64,000 nucleotides of DNA from Raja brachyura (GCA_963514005.1 OY740805.1:30194001-30258000), one strand, 5' to 3'. Counted from the stretch's first letter, positions 38,836 to 53,800 are shown. Numbers and translations are program-made. Notes: generated by a model from the sequence alone, not told the origin.

Positions 38836-40574
38836 ATATGACCAATTACGTCGTAGATAAAAATTGGCCATGAAAAATGAATACAAGACGAGGCTGGCGT
38901 TTGGTTTGCGTACGTGTTTATACAACATGTCTCAGAATACACTAGAAAACAAGGGGTATGGGGACGGGTATATTAATGCTGTTGTTAAGATTCCTCAGAC
39001 AAAATGTTGATGAGGATTTATTTTCTTAAACTGTCAGCATAGCACCTAACATTGATTTTACATGACATTTGCTTGACCTGGTGCTAGCGATCAAATTCAA
39101 TTGATCAATCTCTCAAGATTGCAAAGCTACTTGTTGTGATCAAATGGTGGTGGCACAAGGGTGTGTAGGCGGGATGGGGACTAGGTGAGTTGCGAGTGAC
39201 GAACGTTTAGAGGGATACGCCCAGGAATCATAAGTGCAGGGTTTGCAAACAATTGGTATCTGAAGGGACGAATGACATGTGCGGTTATTTTTTCCTTTTC
39301 CAACCGCCATCTATAAATTAATTTGCGGAATCTTATCGACTAATTTATCCCATATGACAGACACCATTCTTGCAAATAGTCAAAATAGGATGAGTGCATT
39401 CAGTCATCATGGCACTGACAAATCGCTCTTACTGGAGGAGAACCAAGATCAACTGCCCAATTTTATCTTGTATTCTATGGCATCACGATCGTTCAAACCT
39501 ATCATACATATTGCATTTCCTACACTAGCGATAATGAACTAGGCCAACCCACACATTATGGATTTCTGAAGTAGATGAAATTAATCCTGCGTTCAATGAC
39601 ACACCTTCTGGCACGTTGCAGTCTTTCCATCGTTCTTGACCCGAAAGTCTAATGTGTGACGGGATATTGCCATGTACTTGAAATAATGCAACTGTGACAA
39701 CACACTAAAAAATAGATGGCATACAGCATTTTGAATGACACCATACAACGTGAATTATGAGAGAGTGGTGGGTGGACGCATCACCACCTGCATCATATCA
39801 TTCGCACACATCATATCATTTGTTTTTTTTGTTTTTGTTTTTATGCATTATGCGTTTCGGTGGCAGTGACAACTAAAAGTGTGCCGCCCTTCATTTTTTC
39901 AGCACTGCAAACACTGCTAGATGTGTATATCGAAACAGGTATTATTTGGCTCCTCAGATTTGCTGCGAAACATTTTTAATTACTTATCCATACGCTCCGC
40001 TGTTACTTAAGGTCAATCGTCGTTCGGCGACCAATCATTCAAAGTAGAAATGTGAATTGCGAGATTCCTAATTCTGGCCTTTGAAACCTCGATACTTTAG
40101 GGACCCACGTGTGACGTGCTACATTATTGGCGTGTGGCGTTGATCAGCCAAAACGGTGTTATTCAGGCCTTGAAACGAATTATTTGATTGTGCTGTCACC
40201 TTGATGTCGACATGTGTATCCATCTGATCCAAAGTTGCAAGTTCACAAGTTATATTCGCATGATTAGGCCATCCGGCTCATCGAGTCTGCTCCGCCATTC
40301 AATCATGGATGATCGCTTCCTCCTATTCCAATTTCCGTGTCATCTCCCCATAACCTTTGCCACACGCTTTAATCAAGAATGTGTCTCTCTGCTTTATAAA
40401 TATCCACGCACCCCTACATTATTCGAAACTTTTGAGGTTGTTGCATGACACCATATCAATATAACATTAATATGTAATTAATATGTGCCAATATTTGAAA
40501 TGATTTGCAAATAAGGCAGTTAGGAAACTACACAATCTGCGCATATTCCTCTTCTCATATTCATAACAGTCAAT

Positions 40575-42700
40575 TTAGAACATAGATCATACCGCACAGG
40601 GACGATTCTTTGCCCCACACTGATTTTGCCGCACATGATGCCATATTAAACTGATCTCATCTGCCTGTATATGTTGCATATACCTTAATTCTCTGCACTA
40701 CCATGCGCCTCACGAAAAGCCTCCAAAACGCCAGTCCACCACCACCCGCAGCTGTGCATTCCAGGAGCCCACTACTCTGTGTAGAAACAAACTTGCCCAC
40801 TCATCGCCATTAAACATTATCCCTCTCTTCCATGTAGCTACGTCTTCTAGTGTTGGGCCTTCCTGTAACGGGGCAACCCGAGCTGCACGCATTCTTCCAA
40901 ATGCAACATGACCAAAGTCCCGTAGATGGACACTTGGAATCAATGCCGCCAGCAATGAAGGCAAGCATGACATACGCCTTTCCTGCCATCCTATCTCTTT
41001 GTGCTGACACATTGAGTGAGCTATTTACATGGCCTCCCAGAACCCTGGACACTGCTGTATAGGGTCTTGCCATTAACTGTATACGGTCATCAAAAATTCA
41101 GCCTCCAAATCAAGCAATCGAACAAACTTTATCGTGATTTAGAAATACATCGATAAATGCAATTCCAAACGAAATTCCGTTGTATTTGGCTCCCCGTGCA
41201 ACACGATAACAAACAGAAGGATAAAGTGGATAAAATGGATAAAAAGATGAAATGGATAAAAATATAAAATAGACAATGGTGGCAGCCCATTACATGGCAT
41301 TCAGGAGTCTGATGCCTCTTGGAAAGAAGCAGTTGCAAAACCTTGACGTTCAGCTCCTTGTGCTACGATATCGTTTGCCAGAGGGCTGCAGATTGGACAG
41401 TCCATGATGGAGATGTGTGGGGTCCTTTATAATATAGCTGGCCTTAGATATGCAACGTTTGGTTGCAATGTCCCCGATTGAGGAGAGATAAGTCCCTATG
41501 ATTTTCCCGCTGTCCTCACCACTCTTTGCACGGACTTACAGTCGGAGGCTTTACAGTCCCCAAACCAGACAGAGATGAAGCTGGTCAGAATACTCTCTAT
41601 GGTGCCCCTGTCGAAAGTGATGAGGACGGGATGGGGGAGGTGAGCTCTCCCCATCCGGCGCAGAAAGTGCCACCGCTGCTGCGCTCTCTTAACTATTGAT
41701 GTGATGTTATTTGACCACGTCAGACTGTTAGTGATCTGCACCTCCAGGAACTTAGTGCTGCTGACCAACTCTACATCGCTGTCATTCATGGGAAGTGGTG
41801 TGTGACTACCGTTTTTTTCCTGAAGTGGACGAAGACCTCTTGATTTTTCGACATTCAGAATCAGATTGTTCGTATTGCACCAGTCCACCAGTTGTTTCAC
41901 CTCCTCCCTGTAAGCCAGCTCATTGTCGCCCCGGATGAGGCCCACCACTGTTGTGTCATGTGCGTACTTCATGATGTGGTTTGTACCAAACCTGGCACAA
42001 CAGTCGTGGGTCATCTGGGAAAACAGCAGTGGACTCAGGACACAGCCCTGAGGGAAGTCGGTGCTCAGAGAGCTGATGTTAGATGTGTTGTTTCCAACCC
42101 GCACTGACTGGGGTCTGGCAGTGAGGAAGTCCAGTAGCCAGTTACACATGGGGGTGCTGAGGCCCAATGGACCCAGTTTGCTTATCAGGTGCTGAGGGAT
42201 GATTGTATTGAATGCTGAACTAAAATCCACGAAATGCATTCGCACATAAGTTTTATTCTCCGCTAGATGTTCCATGCTCAGATGGAGTATGGATGATAGA
42301 GCGTCGTCTGTGGAGCAGTTTGGCCTGTAAGCAAACTGATATGGGTCACGTGTGGAGGGGAATCTGTAGGTAATATGTTCCCTGACCAGCCTCTCGAAGC
42401 AATTCATCTTTGTGGGAGTGAGTGCTACAGGGCGGCAATCGTTGGGACAAAGTGTAGCACCTTACACTTGCTCGGGTTAAACACCATTGACAGTTTATCT
42501 GCCGGTTTATCCAGCTGTCCTGAAAGTTTTAGAGACATGCAGCTTTAGGGACATTGGGAAACTTACCAACTCATCTACATTTCCGTCCATATAATTAATT
42601 TATATCACAATCAACAGATATCCTAGCACAGATCCTTACGGGAATCCACTGGTCGTTAATCCAGAAAATCTATCTTCGTCCTCGACCCATTGCTGTCCTC
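40575..42700 (-). mobile_element. Old CR1 3' portion split by a Rex1 element
   Basis: CR1 RT C-terminus remnants (KAYVMLAFI, RVVGSWNA) at 40575-41120 continue at ~42455-42700. Confidence 0.65.
41125..42450 (-). mobile_element. Rex1/Babar-clade LINE, 5'-truncated RT fragment
   Basis: ORF 41496-42407: [49 protein letters not shown]. 3' end AATTTCGTT-stem-ATAAA. Confidence 0.9.
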
Positions 42701-43459
42701 TTTAGCCAGCATTACTATTTATACTATTTGCCCTACCTTCAACAATATAATTCGTCACTTACAAAAAAATACTCGGTCGTTCGTAAATCAGTCAGTAATT
42801 CGTTTATGTTAATTGTTACCGTCCCTTAGCATACAGAAACTATGGTGCAAGTTTTACAGACTACATATAGGAAATTATCAGCAATAATGACTGGGTAGAA
42901 AAGTAACTGGACTTCTATGGTCTCATATCATATGGCAATATCATTAATGTTGTGTCTTTTAATACCTTTCCTTATTTTCCATAAATTCCTCTCTCTCCAT
43001 TTCACCAAAAGCTCAATCGAAGTTAGTATGAATGCTGCGCAATATTTTGCCATATTTGCTATGCTGCTCATAACGTCTGAGACTTGCTATTAAAAGGGGG
43101 ACTGTTACAAGCTTGGATTTTTGCTCCTGGAGTGAGCGGTAATTTATATTGTGTAATTTTGAATGTCTGGTATTCGCAGACATTTGCAAAACGTTGTTAC
43201 AGCAAATATCCAACAAGTTAAATCGCACTACAGAATTATCTCATTTAAGTTAGAGATATCAAATAAATATATCAAGGAAATATATAAATAATCAACGCTG
43301 CGCAAATATGTTAACCTGTAGGTGAATTAGGTTGCTCTATCGGGCTGTGTGGTTGGACAACCTTTCACACTCAGTAATGACGTGTTAATTTACGCATCAT
43401 ATTTGGTTCACTTGTTCACTGGAAGTTTAACGAAAAATTGTTTATCATGTGCTTTGCAG

Positions 43460-43486
43460 AGGATGATATGGAGAAGTTAGAAAAGG
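43460..43486 (+). other. Candidate 27-nt phase-1 micro-exon (xDDMEKLEK)
   Basis: gtgctttgcag|...agg|gtaggc. A hydrophobic stretch YFAIFAMLLITS lies upstream at ~43040-43080. Confidence 0.55.
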
Positions 43487-45164
43487 GTAGGCACATGTGT
43501 TTGTAATCTCTCACAAATTAAAACGTTGAGATAATGTTATTTTATTTTTTTCCTTCTATTTTATGTGTTGTGTTATAGTGCTAAAATGTCATCTCTAGGC
43601 AACTAAGCCCGAATCCGAACGTTTAGGGTTATGACTATGACAAATAAATCAATTCCTCTAATCGGTTCCCATCTAAATAGACATAAAAATCCGAGAGGAA
43701 GTGTTGTTTTCATGCTCCAAATATGGGCAAGTCGGGCCGAAGTGCTATGTCCACACGGTGTCACTCAATTACTCAATGAATATATACATCTGATATTAAC
43801 TCGTAGCATTTGAATGGAGTACGTCACAATGAAAAAGCAGTGTGAGGCTTCTTCCGCTCGTAAGCTTGTGTAACCATTCAATCTATAAACAGTGTGGGGG
43901 AATTAGATGCCTTATGCTATGACCAGGTTATGGCAAACAAGGCAGTCCAACAACAAATCAGAGTGACTCGTATATATGCAAATGTTTCGCAATCCATATA
44001 GATTCATGGCCATATTTAAAATTCCAAACGCGACAAAACAAACTTTCCAGTCACTGTATCTCCCAAAATACAATGCATTTAACTATAATATGAACGTTTT
44101 CAATTTAACATGCCTCGGAGATTGAGGGAAAGAGCAACGCCTTGAAATTTTAGCTGATTATTTTTTATTGATGATATACCATTCACCGACCTTATGACTT
44201 GTTTTGATGTATAGATGATTTGATATTATTGAATGTGTTTCATAAATAGCCTTATCACCGTGTTAGCTCCATTGCTGATTCATTCAGACGGCGCAGATGT
44301 CATAAGAGATATTGTGAAAAATAGCCAATATTATGACTGGCGTTCCGCATTCCCAAGACACTACCCCACCCTGTATTCTTCAGAATGCATTTACCTTCAC
44401 ATTCTGCGTACATGACAGAGGTTGGCTTGCGCTGGAAAACAGCTAGCATTTGCAACACCAACACTCTTCTGGGATGCCCACTTCTACCCTGCCTTGACCT
44501 CCAACTGCCGCCGCGATACCGACGTTCTCGACTAATCCATCCCGACTTCCCATTCAAATTTCACCTCCTCCCATTGTGTACCACTATTCGCAATTCTCCA
44601 ATGAAATCCGCATACAATATAATATGATAGTTCTGGCTCATTAACATCCACTGTGCTGAGGAATACGGACAGGTCGCGAAAACCACCTTGTAACTGCACG
44701 TTGGCGATGAGTCCTCTGACGAGCACCAGGCCACAACTTCCCAAACCTTTAACGGGTCTAGTCCGTCCGCAGCTGATCCATTCTCTATATGCACATGTAC
44801 ATAGGTAAAAGCGTTTTAAATGGCATTATCGTTCCTGTCTCTTGCACTTCTCCGTCATCACGCTGCAGGCATCCGTTATTTCATGTGTAAAACTTCTTTT
44901 CCGCACATTTCGGTTAAAATTTGTCCCTCCCACATTAATGCTCTATCCTGGAGCTCTTGACATTTACTGCCTGAGAAAAAGGTTCTGAGCACGCCCTCTA
45001 TCAATGCAACTCCTAATTGTATAAACATTGCCTTTCACGCACTGGTGTTCTGGAGAAATCAATCCACGTTTATTAATCTCTTACACTTAATACGCTCTAA
45101 CCCAGATAGCATTCCGTTAATACTGTGCAGATCCTCCATCATCATGGAATGCAACTGCACACTG

Positions 45165-48100
45165 ATTTAATCCAAAAAATTAATACGGGAGGGAATTTTA
45201 TCAGATGGGTTAAATTATTTTATGATAAACCTACGGCAAGAATATTAACTAATAATATGTTATCTCCAAACATGTTTTTATCATGGGGTAATAGGCAGGG
45301 TTGTGCCTTATCACCATTGCTATTTGCCCTTATGATAGACCGCTGGCTGACAGTATTAGAAAGCATCCGAATATTCACGGATATAATACTAAGGACTAAA
45401 AGAATAAAATGTAATTATATGTTGACGATATTCTTTTATATATTACTATTACATAAACGAGTATCCCCACCTTATTAACACTAATCGAGGAATTTGGAAT
45501 TTTTCAGGATGTAAAATAAATTGGAAAAAAAGCGAAATTATGTCTTTGAAACCAGGGGATGCGAGACGCTTATTAAAATTCCCTTTCAAAATTGCAACAG
45601 AAAAATTCAAGTATTTGTGTATTGAAATTACGAGAAGACACAAATCATTATTTAGCGCCAATTTTATGCCCCTATTGAATAAACAATGTTATGATTAAAT
45701 GTTGGAAAACGCGACCGCTTTCATTGATAGGTAGAATTAACGATATAAAAATGGTTTTCTTACCACAATTAATATATTTGTTTCAAGCGATCCCAATATA
45801 TATTCCAAAATATGTTTTCAATACAATAGATTCTAATATCGCTAATTTTACTTCGGAGTCACGTGAGTGGCTACGCGAAGAAGTCCCGCCAGGCGCATGC
45901 GCGATATTACGTCCGCGCATGTCGCAGTGAATGGGCTGTAGGGCACAGTTCCACCAGCGTTAAGTAGAAACTCTCAGGTAAGTGATTCTAAAAACTTTGC
46001 CTGAGAGTATTTAACTCCGTAAAGCTGGCTCGAGAAGTCAGTAGGAGTTGGTGGTATGGTCAGGTAGGAAAGTTCGCTGGCGTGGGTCCACGGATTCACT
46101 AAATCGATCGGGTCGGGAAGTTAGCGCGGCAACGCTGGTTCCGATACCGGGTGCCGTTTACCGACAGCAGTTTCATTAGGAAGTGAACTTTCCACACCAG
46201 TTCCAGTTACTGAGGAGGCTGAGGCCACCGACAGTCTTAGAAAGGCAAAAACGAATATCTATTAGATCCAGGTTGTTAGACGAGTGTGAAGAAAATGTCA
46301 CTCCCCTGCAGATAATACAAAATGTGGGGGGGGGGGGGGGGGGATGCAGAATTCGGAGAAGATGTTCCAAACTCTGATAAAATAAGGGTCTAAGGGCCCA
46401 GTGATTCCCCAGCCAGCTCTTCAATAAGGCCCATATCAAGAGGAATTCATGGACTATCAGCAAGGGGATTTCCTTCCAGCGCCGTGTTTAGTGCTGGGGG
46501 ATGCCTCCCTAATATACGACTTGGGAGAAGCGGGGAAGGATGCGGCTGACCCATGCCTGGTGTCCCTGGTTATGTGCAGACACCAGAGCCCAAGAGCCAC
46601 GCTCCGGGTGTTCCGGATATTGCAATGAGTTTGCTTTTCCGGAGGGGACTGGTGAGGGAATGGAGGTATACCTTGCCAACAATATCAATTATTTAGTGTC
46701 TCACCAGCTCCAGCAATTATGATACAAGAAACTACCTATAAATATAAGACACCTGTTTACTGTGCATCACTGAAAATGCCCACGGTGAACCCAGTAAATC
46801 TGGGCACCCATGAGTCCTTCTATGAGAGGACAGGAGGTTCGGCATTAATGCGTCCTCCAACTGGTGGCTGAAGCAGTTACTGCATTTGGCACTATGGACA
46901 AAGTGACCATGATTACTCAAACTCGATAAAACATGTTGGCTCTATTATGCAATGCATTCTTTGAAGTAAATTGCATTAGAAATATCGCCGTCAGGTCAAT
47001 TGTCAATCAAAAGTTTTGCTGCACTATGTAAGGCGACAAATATACAAACGCCTGAGTTCCTGTTTGGAACGGACCTTGTCAAAGAAATACGTGATATTGA
47101 GGATGAGACGAAACAATTGATTTGATGTAGCCAATCATATCACGGCCACCTATTCGCAAACCATGGTTTGTGTACTGAAGGGCGGATCCAGGTGCTGGAC
47201 CGAGCAGGGGGAGGCCAGTGGGGCAACGAGGTTACCCACTAAGACAAAGCGGCTTCAACCCCAATATGAGCAGACAGAAAGCTTGCAGGCCAACTGCAGA
47301 GGTACAGGGAACTTTTGTTTAAGGTTCCGATGCACAACCTCCAATTGGAGGTAGATTACAATTGTTTTACAATGAATGGTGCTGCATAACATCTGATATG
47401 TTTATACTAAATACTGGGTCAGGTTCTACCATTGAGTTTATCTCAGGGATAGATCCACCTCAGCAGCACAAGCCAAATAAAATGTTGGTGTTTTTCAGCT
47501 CCAAAGACTGAACAGGTTAACGATGAGATTAAGAATTTATGCCAAAAAGGAGTGATTGAGAAATCACTCAAATATTGGAAACAGTTTGTGTCCAATACAT
47601 TTCTCAGACCTAAGAAAGATGGGGGTTGTAGAGTTATTCTGGACCTCACCCTCTTACATTCTTCACTTCTCTATAGGCAATTTAAATGGACACTTCGTTA
47701 CTGCAAAACAGCTGGTCTCACAAGGTTGTTATATGGCAACTATACATTTGCAAGATGCGTATTATTAAGTAACAATTCATGCTCATTATCGCAGGTACTT
47801 CAAATTTAATTGGATGGGACAGCTGTGGCAATATAAAGCATTGCCTAATGGATTAACTTCAGCACCTAGGCTATTTACTAATTGTCAAAACCTGTGCTAG
47901 GGCTATTGAGGGCCCATAATCACATTATCATGGCTTATTTAGATGATATCTTAATTATCAGCAACACCAAAGATTCAGCTGAGGAGTTGGTTGCAGTAAT
48001 CAAAAATGTGTTTGAAACATTAGGATTTTTGATCCATCCAACTAAGTCTAAATTACAGCCAATCCAAAATATTGAGCATTTGGGTTTTCATATTGATTCA

Positions 48101-51100
48101 GTTGATATGACAGTAACATTCCCAACAGCCAAGGTTGTGGATGTTGCTGATGTCTGTATTGCCGCACACAAAAAAAATATATACCTCCATCCGAGAAGTT
48201 GCTAAAGTCATTGGGAAATTGGTAGCAGTTTTCCCTGCAGTATAGTTCGGCCCCTTGCATTATCATATTGCAAAGAGCAAGAGAACAAGCACTAAAAGAG
48301 CATGCAGGCCATTTTGATTGGGTTATGCAGTTAACAACCACAGCTCTAGCAGAATTGCAGTGGTGGATTGCTAATGTCAGTCAAGCTCCCAATAACATGT
48401 TGGTGCAGGGACCTTCAATGATTTTACAGACTGGTGTAAGTGCTGTCGGATAGGGAGGCAATGGACATTGAGTCTGTGGGGGGTAGATGGAATGAACAAA
48501 AAGGTTTGATTCTACACACACAAGGAATTACTGGGGGCATTTTATGGGTAAAAGGCATATTGCTCCACAAAAAAAATAATTTACACGTTCATCTCCAGAT
48601 TGATAACACCACGGGAGTGGAATATATCAATCATATGGGAGGAGCAAGATCAGTTTCATGTGATAGCATGGCTAATCTTATATGGCATTGGTGTATTTCG
48701 AGAAACATCTGTCTTCAGCCATCTACCTACCAGGGGTAGACTATGTGGTGGCAGCCCATAGGTCACGAAAATTTTATGACAATTTAGAATGGGTGTTGAA
48801 TTCTAAGGTTTTCAAACAATTGTCACTCGATTGGGTTGCCAGACTTTGATCTGTTTGCATCCAGACTGAATCACCAGTTGCCTAAATATGTTTAATGGAG
48901 CCAGATCCAGGAGCAGTAGCTGTGGATGTTTTTTTCCTTTACATTGGGGGTACTCATGCTTTTATGCTTTTCCTCCATTTTGTCTGATTACGAAATGTCT
49001 AAACAAAATACCGCGTGACTCCGCCACAGGCGTTTTTGGTGGTCCTAGATTGGCCAACACAACCATGGTTCCCATTGATACTCAGAATGATGGTTCAGCC
49101 ATTCATGAGATTCCCAGCTGCAGTAATTTGTTGGTGCATCCGGTTACAGGAGAAAGTCACCAATTATATGACCGTATCAATTGTTGGTCTGCAGGTTCTG
49201 AGCAGACCATTCGAAGGCTTTGGATTGTCGAACAGGACCATGGAGGTTATCACTGCAACCTGGAGGAATATTACTAAAAACAATATGTGGTTCACATAAA
49301 GAAGTGTGAAATGTTTTGTGTACAATCAAATATATTTTACCATACTGCAAGCATAAGTGATGTGTTGGAGTTCCTTGCTAAATTGCATTTTGATGAGCAC
49401 TTGAGTTACAGTGCTATTAACAGTGCTCGGAGTGCTTTGTCCTCCTATTTTGGACAGTCCTCAGGACAACAAAGGATTGGGGCTCATCCGTTAATATCCC
49501 GATTTATGAGAGGAATTTTAACAAAAACCCTCCTATACCTACATATACAGAAATCTGGGATATCAGTATGGTTCTCACACGGCTTCGGCAATGGGCTCCA
49601 ATTACGTCATTGTCTATGCAGAGATGAACTCTGAAAGTGGTTATGCTAATGGCGCTGGTTTCAGCACAACGTGTACAAATATTACAATTGTTACGAGTAG
49701 ATTGTATGCATTTGTCTGTAGATGACATTACATTTTATGTCTATGATTTAATCAAACAAGGCAGGCCAGGTATGGCAGGAACCAAGGTGACGTTTAAAGC
49801 ATATTCTGTTGACCAAATGTTATGTGTAGTTAAACACTTAAGCCAATATATTGAGATAACAAGGAGTCTCAGAGGTTCTGAGACAACACTGCTCATCAGT
49901 CACAAAAGGCCATATAAAGAGTGTCAGTACAATCTATTTCTAGATGGTTGAAACAGGTTGCAAATTATGATGGAGTCAACACTCATGTGTTTGAATCTCA
50001 CTCCACCAGGGCGGCTTCAACATCCGTGGCGAAGGCTCAGGATGTGCCGCTGGACCAAATCCTCGCGGCCACATGATGGTCTAGAGAGTCGACATTCTCA
50101 CAATTTTATGATAAACCTGTGCAGACAGTGCCACGGTTTGGGCATGCTGGTTTTGGGTTACATTTACTTCATTTGCTTTGTTTATATCATTGTTTGTAAT
50201 TTCCTCCTGCGATAGAGAGGTTATTACTGATTTTTGTTATTATTGTTATTTAAAAAATAGTTATTGAATAATTTGAAGCAAAGTTCAATATATTATTCAT
50301 TCACCACTGTGGCAACCGAAGCAGTTTGCGTATGGAGTGCATCTACGGCATGTAAAAACAAAGCTTTGAAATATTCACGTAGTCACTCACGTGACTCCGA
50401 AGTAAAATAGTAAGATTAAACGAGAACCTACCAGTTCGAAGTTTGATCCTTATTTTATGAGGAGTTACGTTGAGGGATTACGTGCCCTCCGCTCCCACCC
50501 TCATAATCTAAGAGATCATCTGGTAGTTCTAGTCTTCTTACAGCCTCACTATGTTACTTCGGCTACATGTGTTTTCTGTGTTTCCACGCCGCTGCTTTGA
50601 AGTATGACGAGCATGCGCCTGGCGGGACTTCTTCATGTAATCCCTCAACGTAACTCCTCATCAAATAAGGATCAAACTTCGAACTGGTAAATTCTCGTTT
50701 AATATCACTATTTTATATGGGGTTATAGAGCACACAGAATTCAACGAACGCATCTGTGTAAAGCAAAAGAAGTAGGGGGTTTATCATTACCTAACTTTAG
50801 TTATTACTACTGGGCAGTGCACATAAAGAACATAATGTACTGGTATAGGAAAGATCTTGTTCTCACCGATAAAATTGAATAGTATAACATAAAAAATAAC
50901 CCAATTATTCACAATACAATAAGAATTTGGAAACAAATACAATTATCCATGAAATTAAAAAATCTATTTGTGCTATACCCAATATTGAATAATCCTGCAT
51001 TCAAAACATCTCTTATCGAAAAAACATATAAACATTGGGAAAGACTGGGAATTAGGAAAGTAGGAGATATGTATGAATTAGGAACATTGTTATAATTTCA

Positions 51101-51900
51101 ACAATTACAATCAACATTTTAACTGAATGATAATCAATATTTTAAATATTAACAGATATGTGACTTCATGAAGAAATATATACATTGATTTCAAACTATA
51201 GTTTTAGAACATTTAGAAGAAGCAATGAATATTAAGGCCCATTTACAAAAACGAATATCATATTTTTATAATAGTATATTAAATAGAGAAATACCCTCAA
51301 TAGAGTCACTAAGAGAAGATTGGGAACATTCACTAATGATAAAGATTCCGAAAAATAGATGGGAAAAGTATCTGATGAACACACATAATTGTCCCATTAA
51401 TGCAAGACATAATTTAATTCTATTTAAATTGTTACATAGATTATATTATTCAAAAATGAGGTTGAATAAATTCCACTCAAGCTTCTCTACTAGATGCAAT
51501 ATATGTTTGTTTCAAAATGCCAATATAACACATTCATTTGTAGGATGTATAATGTTGAATACATTTTGGAGCGATGTATTTGATATACTTACAAAGCTCT
51601 TCAAGTCACGAATAGAACCAAATACGGAATGGATTATATTTTGAATAATAGTAGAAGATATCAAGTTAAACAAAGACCAAAAAGTATTCTTTAATTATCG
51701 GTTAATAATTGGAAAGAAATAGATACAAACATTTTGGAAAAATACAGCTGTACCAACTATTAAAATGTGGATTAGTAAGTAATATGACGGACATAGCACA
51801 CCTTGAAGAAATGAGACTCCGCCTAATAGATAAATATGACAAATTCTTAATGTTGGTCCCCTTTTGTCGACTTTTTGGAATCATGTGATGCAGCACTACC
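45165..51900 (+). mobile_element. Decayed L1-clade LINE ORF2 (45165-45845 and 50716-51900) split by DIRS
   Basis: Before the DIRS: GNRQGCALSPLLFAL and PLSLIGRINDIKMVFLPQLIYLFQ. After it: FIWG..GGLSLPNF..YYWA and FKLLHRLY..C..C..H.F..C. Confidence 0.9.
45846..50715 (+). mobile_element. DIRS1-type tyrosine-recombinase retrotransposon, structurally complete but decayed
   Basis: Inverted termini (GAAGAAGTCCCGCCAGGCGCATGC at ~45876; complement at ~50611). ICR at 50374-50484 complementary to both ends. RT: FLRPKKDGG.RVILDL, AYLDD. RNase H: IDNTT..YINHMGG. MT-like: DLFASRLNHQLP, YAFPPF. YR: YSAINSARSALS, ALVSAQRVQ, HSTRAAS. Confidence 0.95.
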
Positions 51901-52204
51901 GTAAGATTACTGACTTCAAGTCAGGTCGTGGGTGGAATTGTCTTAAAGTAATTTTCAGCCATGGAAAATTTGAACATTTTGACTTATATCGGAGATGGAT
52001 AAAGGATTTCCTGCCAGAGAGAACGCACCATTTGACGTGAATTTCGACGTATATTAAAAGAGAAACCGAACGTTAAATACATTTGCAGCGAAAAGAATGG
52101 TAACATACAAGAGGGGTTGTGGATTGCTGCCTCAGTCTGCAGTCTGTTTGTCTTTTTATCTTTTTTTTGTTGTATACATTTAAAAAAAAAATATTTTCAA
52201 AAAA

Positions 52205-53800
52205 TATCCGAGCCATTGCGGACCACAGCTCCGGTGTGAACTGGGAAGCCCGGTCGGACGGGATGTGCAGCGGTACACCTAAACGGGAAATCCAATAGGG
52301 CACCAGGGCACGCGGAGATTAGAGGGCCGAGGTATGAAACGGTCCTCCACCGTAAACTGATGTGACATACCGCGCGACGGAGGCAGCGGCTTCTTGATGT
52401 CCACGTGAACCTGGTCGAAACATCGTCGATATTTGACATAGAATGCATGTGCGGGACCAATGACGGACTAGCTTCAGCAAACCATTGCATATGAATTTTG
52501 CATCAGCCAACGCCACCGTCGCGCGGACAGATGCCTGAACTAAACCATGATTGGCGTCGAAAACCGACGACGCCAGGCCGCCGGAACAATAGTTTGCGGC
52601 TGGGCCGGTGGAATTATCACACACGGCAGTGATGCCGGCGGACCCAAAGGATTTTTCCCGAACACCAGTCCTGTGATGGCAGTTTGGTACGCCTTCATTT
52701 CCACGTCCGCCAGCTGCGTCGCCGCCAAAACGGAGTAATCAATGCGCGGGGCCATGTCGAAAACGGCTACTTCAGCCGGGTGCTATAAGGCGTCCGCAAA
52801 CAGGTTACCTTTCCCGGCGATGTCGTGGATGTCCGTGGCAAATTCAGATATTGCCGTGAGGTTACGCTGCTGCCCAGAAGACCAAGGTTCCGCAACCTTG
52901 GCGAAGATGAGGGGCTTATGGTCTGTAAATGCGATGAAGACCCGTTCTTCCTGAAAATAGCACAAACGCATCACCGCCAGGTATAAGTAGAGCAGCTCCC
53001 GGTCGAATGCGTTGTATTTACGCTGCGCCGGGCTAAATTGGCAGTGAAAAAGGCGAGAGGTCGCCAGTGACAGTCATAGACTGCTTCCGAATGCGACCGA
53101 GGCATCCACGGTTAGTGCAGTGGGGACGTCATCCCGCGGATGTACTACCATCGTCGCCCAAGCCAATGCATATTTCGCCCCTTCGAAGGCCGCTGCGGCG
53201 ACGTCCGTCCACTGCACGTCTCGCCGCTTGCCCGACAACAGGTGGAATACAGGCCTCAATATTCTTGCCGTCGACGGGACAAGTCGGTGGCGACATTGGA
53301 ACATGCACACAAATTCTTGCAGGCCCAGCAGTGAGGAAGGCCTTGAAAACCGGCGAATTATCCAGGTTGATTATGAGCCGTAAATCGTTGAGGCGCTGGC
53401 ACAAGAGACGGAATTCGACATTATGCTCCTGCCGCGAACTACACGCCAGCAGGATGTCATCCATATGAATGAAGATGACATCGAGCCCCCACCCCACGGT
53501 GTCCTTCCCAGGCGTTGGAATGCCTGTGCGACGTTCTTAAGGCCGAAGGGTATACGCAGGAATTCGAAAAGCGTGATGATGGCAATCTTTGATACATCTT
53601 CCGGTCGCACAGGGAATTGATGCTAAACCCTGATCAAGTCGATTTTCGAAAATAATTCAGCCCCAGCCAGGTGTGCAGTGAAGTCCAGAACGTGCGGGAT
53701 GGGGTCCTCGTGCTTAATTGTGCCGTCAATCAGCGGCGCTAGTCGTCACAAGTCTTCCTGCCGCCGGAGAACTGGGGCACCAAATGTACTGGAGAAGCAG
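52205..53800 (-). mobile_element. Gypsy pol fragment (RT-RNase H-integrase), related to 5598-10325
   Basis: FEFLRIPFGLKN..QAFQR, HMDDILLA, LTVDAS, FTDHKPL, GKGNLFADAL, SDRASQFT. Confidence 0.9.

Noticed and set aside
44300-44750. ORFs 44532-44744 (-) and 44233-44415 (+) as host coding sequence
   Set aside because: The nucleotide pattern resembles a very old CR1 RT region. The short CMAH-like DVIRDIVKN match looks coincidental.
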